64,000 nt of DNA. Origin: Verrucomicrobiia bacterium. GTDB lineage: Bacteria; Verrucomicrobiota; Verrucomicrobiia; Limisphaerales; UBA1319. The translations under genes were made by a program, and so were the position numbers. Location of the stretch: assembly GCA_963664225.1 (NCBI GenBank), contig OY760937.1, forward strand, positions 1,312,001 through 1,376,000. The letters are read 5' to 3'. Under the pieces are notes generated by a model. It was not told where the DNA came from and made no database searches. It worked only from the letters and a program-made list of their open reading frames with translations. Below, piece by piece: positions 62,153 to 64,000 of this stretch. Position 1 is the stretch's first letter, and every line of letters begins with the position of its first letter.

Positions 62153-63790
62153 ATGAATGAAACTCGTCAGTTGCCCGCCAACTTTGGCCCACTCAAAGGT
62201 GCCAATGGCAATGCCCGCATCACCGGGCCTTGCGGTGACACCATGGAATTCTGGCTCCGGATTGTAAATGACCAGGTTCTCCGAGCCCGCTTTACCACCG
62301 ATGGATGTGGAGCTGCGATCGCAAGCGGAACCATGGCCTCCAGCATGGCCGAAGGAAACTACCTGGCTTTCGTCGAAAAGATCACATCGAATCAAGTGCT
62401 CGATGCTTTGGGCGGTCTGCCGCCAGATCATCAGCATTGCCCGGTGCTGGCTGTGAATACGTTGAAGGCGGCCCTTGCCGATTACCAGACACATCGAAAT
62501 CCCGAGGGCCAGGCAAATATGGAACACGCCTGCCAATCACAAGCCAAAACAGTCAATCCGAAGGGAGTTCCGAGCCGAGTCGAAGTGGGTCACGGCCCCA
62601 CTCCAGACGAAGACGAAGCGCTTCGCCGGCGGTTGGGGCGCATTGCCTTTAAGATTCTCGTTCTTTCGGGCAAAGGTGGCGTGGGTAAAAGCACGGTCGC
62701 AGTCAACCTGGCCGTCGCGTTGGCCGCGGCCGGGAAGCGGGTCGGTTTGATCGATGTGGATGTTCATGGCCCGAGCATTCCCAAGTTGATTGGTCTGGAA
62801 GAAAGCTCCATGGAATTCGACGGTGAGTCGCTTTTGCCTGTCATTGGACCCTCTGGGCTTAAGGTGGCCTCGTTGGGTTTCCTTTTAAAGACCACGCGGG
62901 ATGCGGTTGTTTGGCGCGGTCCCATGAAATATAAAGCCATTCGTGAACTGCTCGGCGGTGTGGTTTGGGGGGATCTGGATGTTTTGGTGGTGGATTGTCC
63001 ACCGGGTACGGGTGACGAACCACTCTCCGTCGCTCAATCGGTTGGGCATTCAGCCGCCGCCATCGTGGTCACCACTCCGCAACAAGTGGCGATTGCCGAT
63101 GTGCGTCGGTCCATTACCTTTTGCGAACAGGTGGGTCTGCCTGTGTTGGGAATCGTCGAAAACATGAGTGGTTATGTGTGTCCCAAGTGTGAAGAGTCAA
63201 CCGCACTTTTCAAAACCGGTGGCGGCCAGCAGTTGGCTGGCGAAATGAAGGTTCCGTTCCTGGGGGGTATTCCCATCGATCCTCAAATTGTCGATTCGGG
63301 CGACTGCGGCACGCCGTTCGTGGAGCGTTATGCCCAAAGCCCGTCCGCTTGCGCCTTCGCTGAAATTTTAAAATCCATACTAAATCAATTAAACTGTATG
63401 AATAAAACTGAAACTCAAAAATCAAATCACAATCTTAAAATCGCCATTCCTTTGGCCGGGGGCCGTCTCGCCGACCATTTCGGTCACTGTGAACAATTCG
63501 CCATTATCGAGATTAACCCGAATGATAAAAACATTCTGAACACCGCCCTAGTGACGCCCCCGGCGCACGAGCCTGGATTGTTGCCACGATGGCTCCAGCA
63601 AGAGGGCGTGCAGGTCATCATCACCGGGGGTATGGGAGAACGAGCGATAAAACTGTTCTCTGAAAATGGCATCAAAGTAAAAAGTGGCGTCTCGGGTAAA
63701 ACCGCCGAGGAATTGGTGAGGATATTTCTGCAGGGCGGGCTGATCTCAGGACCGAGCGCTTGCGGTCATCACGAGCACGGATGCCATTGA
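62153..63790 (+). CDS. IscU/NifU_N-Mrp/NBP35-NifX triple-fusion Fe-S carrier
   Basis: GPCGD, DGC, HC (IscU-like); SGKGGVGKST, WRGP, DCPPGTGD, ENMS..CPKC (Mrp); IAIP..HFGH..HEPG..GGMG (NifX). Confidence 0.92.
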   Translation: MNETRQLPANFGPLKGANGNARITGPCGDTMEFWLRIVNDQVLRARFTTDGCGAAIASGTMASSMAEGNYLAFVEKITSNQVLDALGGLPPDHQHCPVLAVNTLKAALADYQTHRNPEGQANMEHACQSQAKTVNPKGVPSRVEVGHGPTPDEDEALRRRLGRIAFKILVLSGKGGVGKSTVAVNLAVALAAAGKRVGLIDVDVHGPSIPKLIGLEESSMEFDGESLLPVIGPSGLKVASLGFLLKTTRDAVVWRGPMKYKAIRELLGGVVWGDLDVLVVDCPPGTGDEPLSVAQSVGHSAAAIVVTTPQQVAIADVRRSITFCEQVGLPVLGIVENMSGYVCPKCEESTALFKTGGGQQLAGEMKVPFLGGIPIDPQIVDSGDCGTPFVERYAQSPSACAFAEILKSILNQLNCMNKTETQKSNHNLKIAIPLAGGRLADHFGHCEQFAIIEINPNDKNILNTALVTPPAHEPGLLPRWLQQEGVQVIITGGMGERAIKLFSENGIKVKSGVSGKTAEELVRIFLQGGLISGPSACGHHEHGCH

Positions 63791-64000
63791 ATTTCATGAG
63801 CCTTGGAATAAAGCCGGAGAAATTCAGGTTCAAAAGCATTGGTTAAAATGCCGGCACGAAAGACAACAGGGAAGGGGACTAAAGCCTCATCTGCCTGATC
63901 TGGACTCCAAGCTTCTGAATGCATACGCTCCAGGCCCACCTGAGAACATCAGGTCGCTTTCACTTACAGGTCATGCCAATCTTATTTTGTAACTTTTTTA

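Overview
Bacterial genomic window. A Verrucomicrobiota/PVC origin is a guess from the gene set, not something the sequence shows. It has six blocks. (1) 1-2.5 kb: 5' half of an N-ATPase operon (atpD-atpC-atpQ-atpR); the beta subunit carries a ~104-aa K/P/A/E-rich tail. (2) 2.8-21.5 kb: osmotic and ion-homeostasis region with an MggS-like GT4, a ClC antiporter, an ECF sigma/anti-sigma pair, a Na+/H+ antiporter, glucosylglycerate phosphorylase, Trk/Ktr, GpgS, a second GT4 plus HAD, and a K-channel-family protein with an aberrant filter; degP follows. (3) 23.6-45 kb: an all-minus-strand cluster of glgP, ppk2, gnd, zwf, ackA, xfp, aldolase and a copper module, with several decaying genes. (4) 45.1-52 kb: mobile-element relic with a degenerate IS630, a stand-alone formyltransferase, an SSB-like protein, DUF932 and a phage-type Dam. 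(5) 52.4-58.1 kb: OmpR/HK pair with a Spy-like target, and a second ECF/anti-sigma pair with trxA and rhodanese. (6) 58.2-63.8 kb: an OrpR-like sigma-54 Fe-S regulon with an IscU-Mrp-NifX triple fusion. The most striking unannotated signal is non-coding. An 18-bp ATGGGG-N6-CCC box sits 21-23 bp upstream of a -10-like hexamer at five minus-strand promoters. Three of these are followed by a conserved, apparently structured ~70-nt leader with TTTCTCAAA starting 37 nt from the last base of the -10. No CRISPR array, rRNA or tRNA was recognised.
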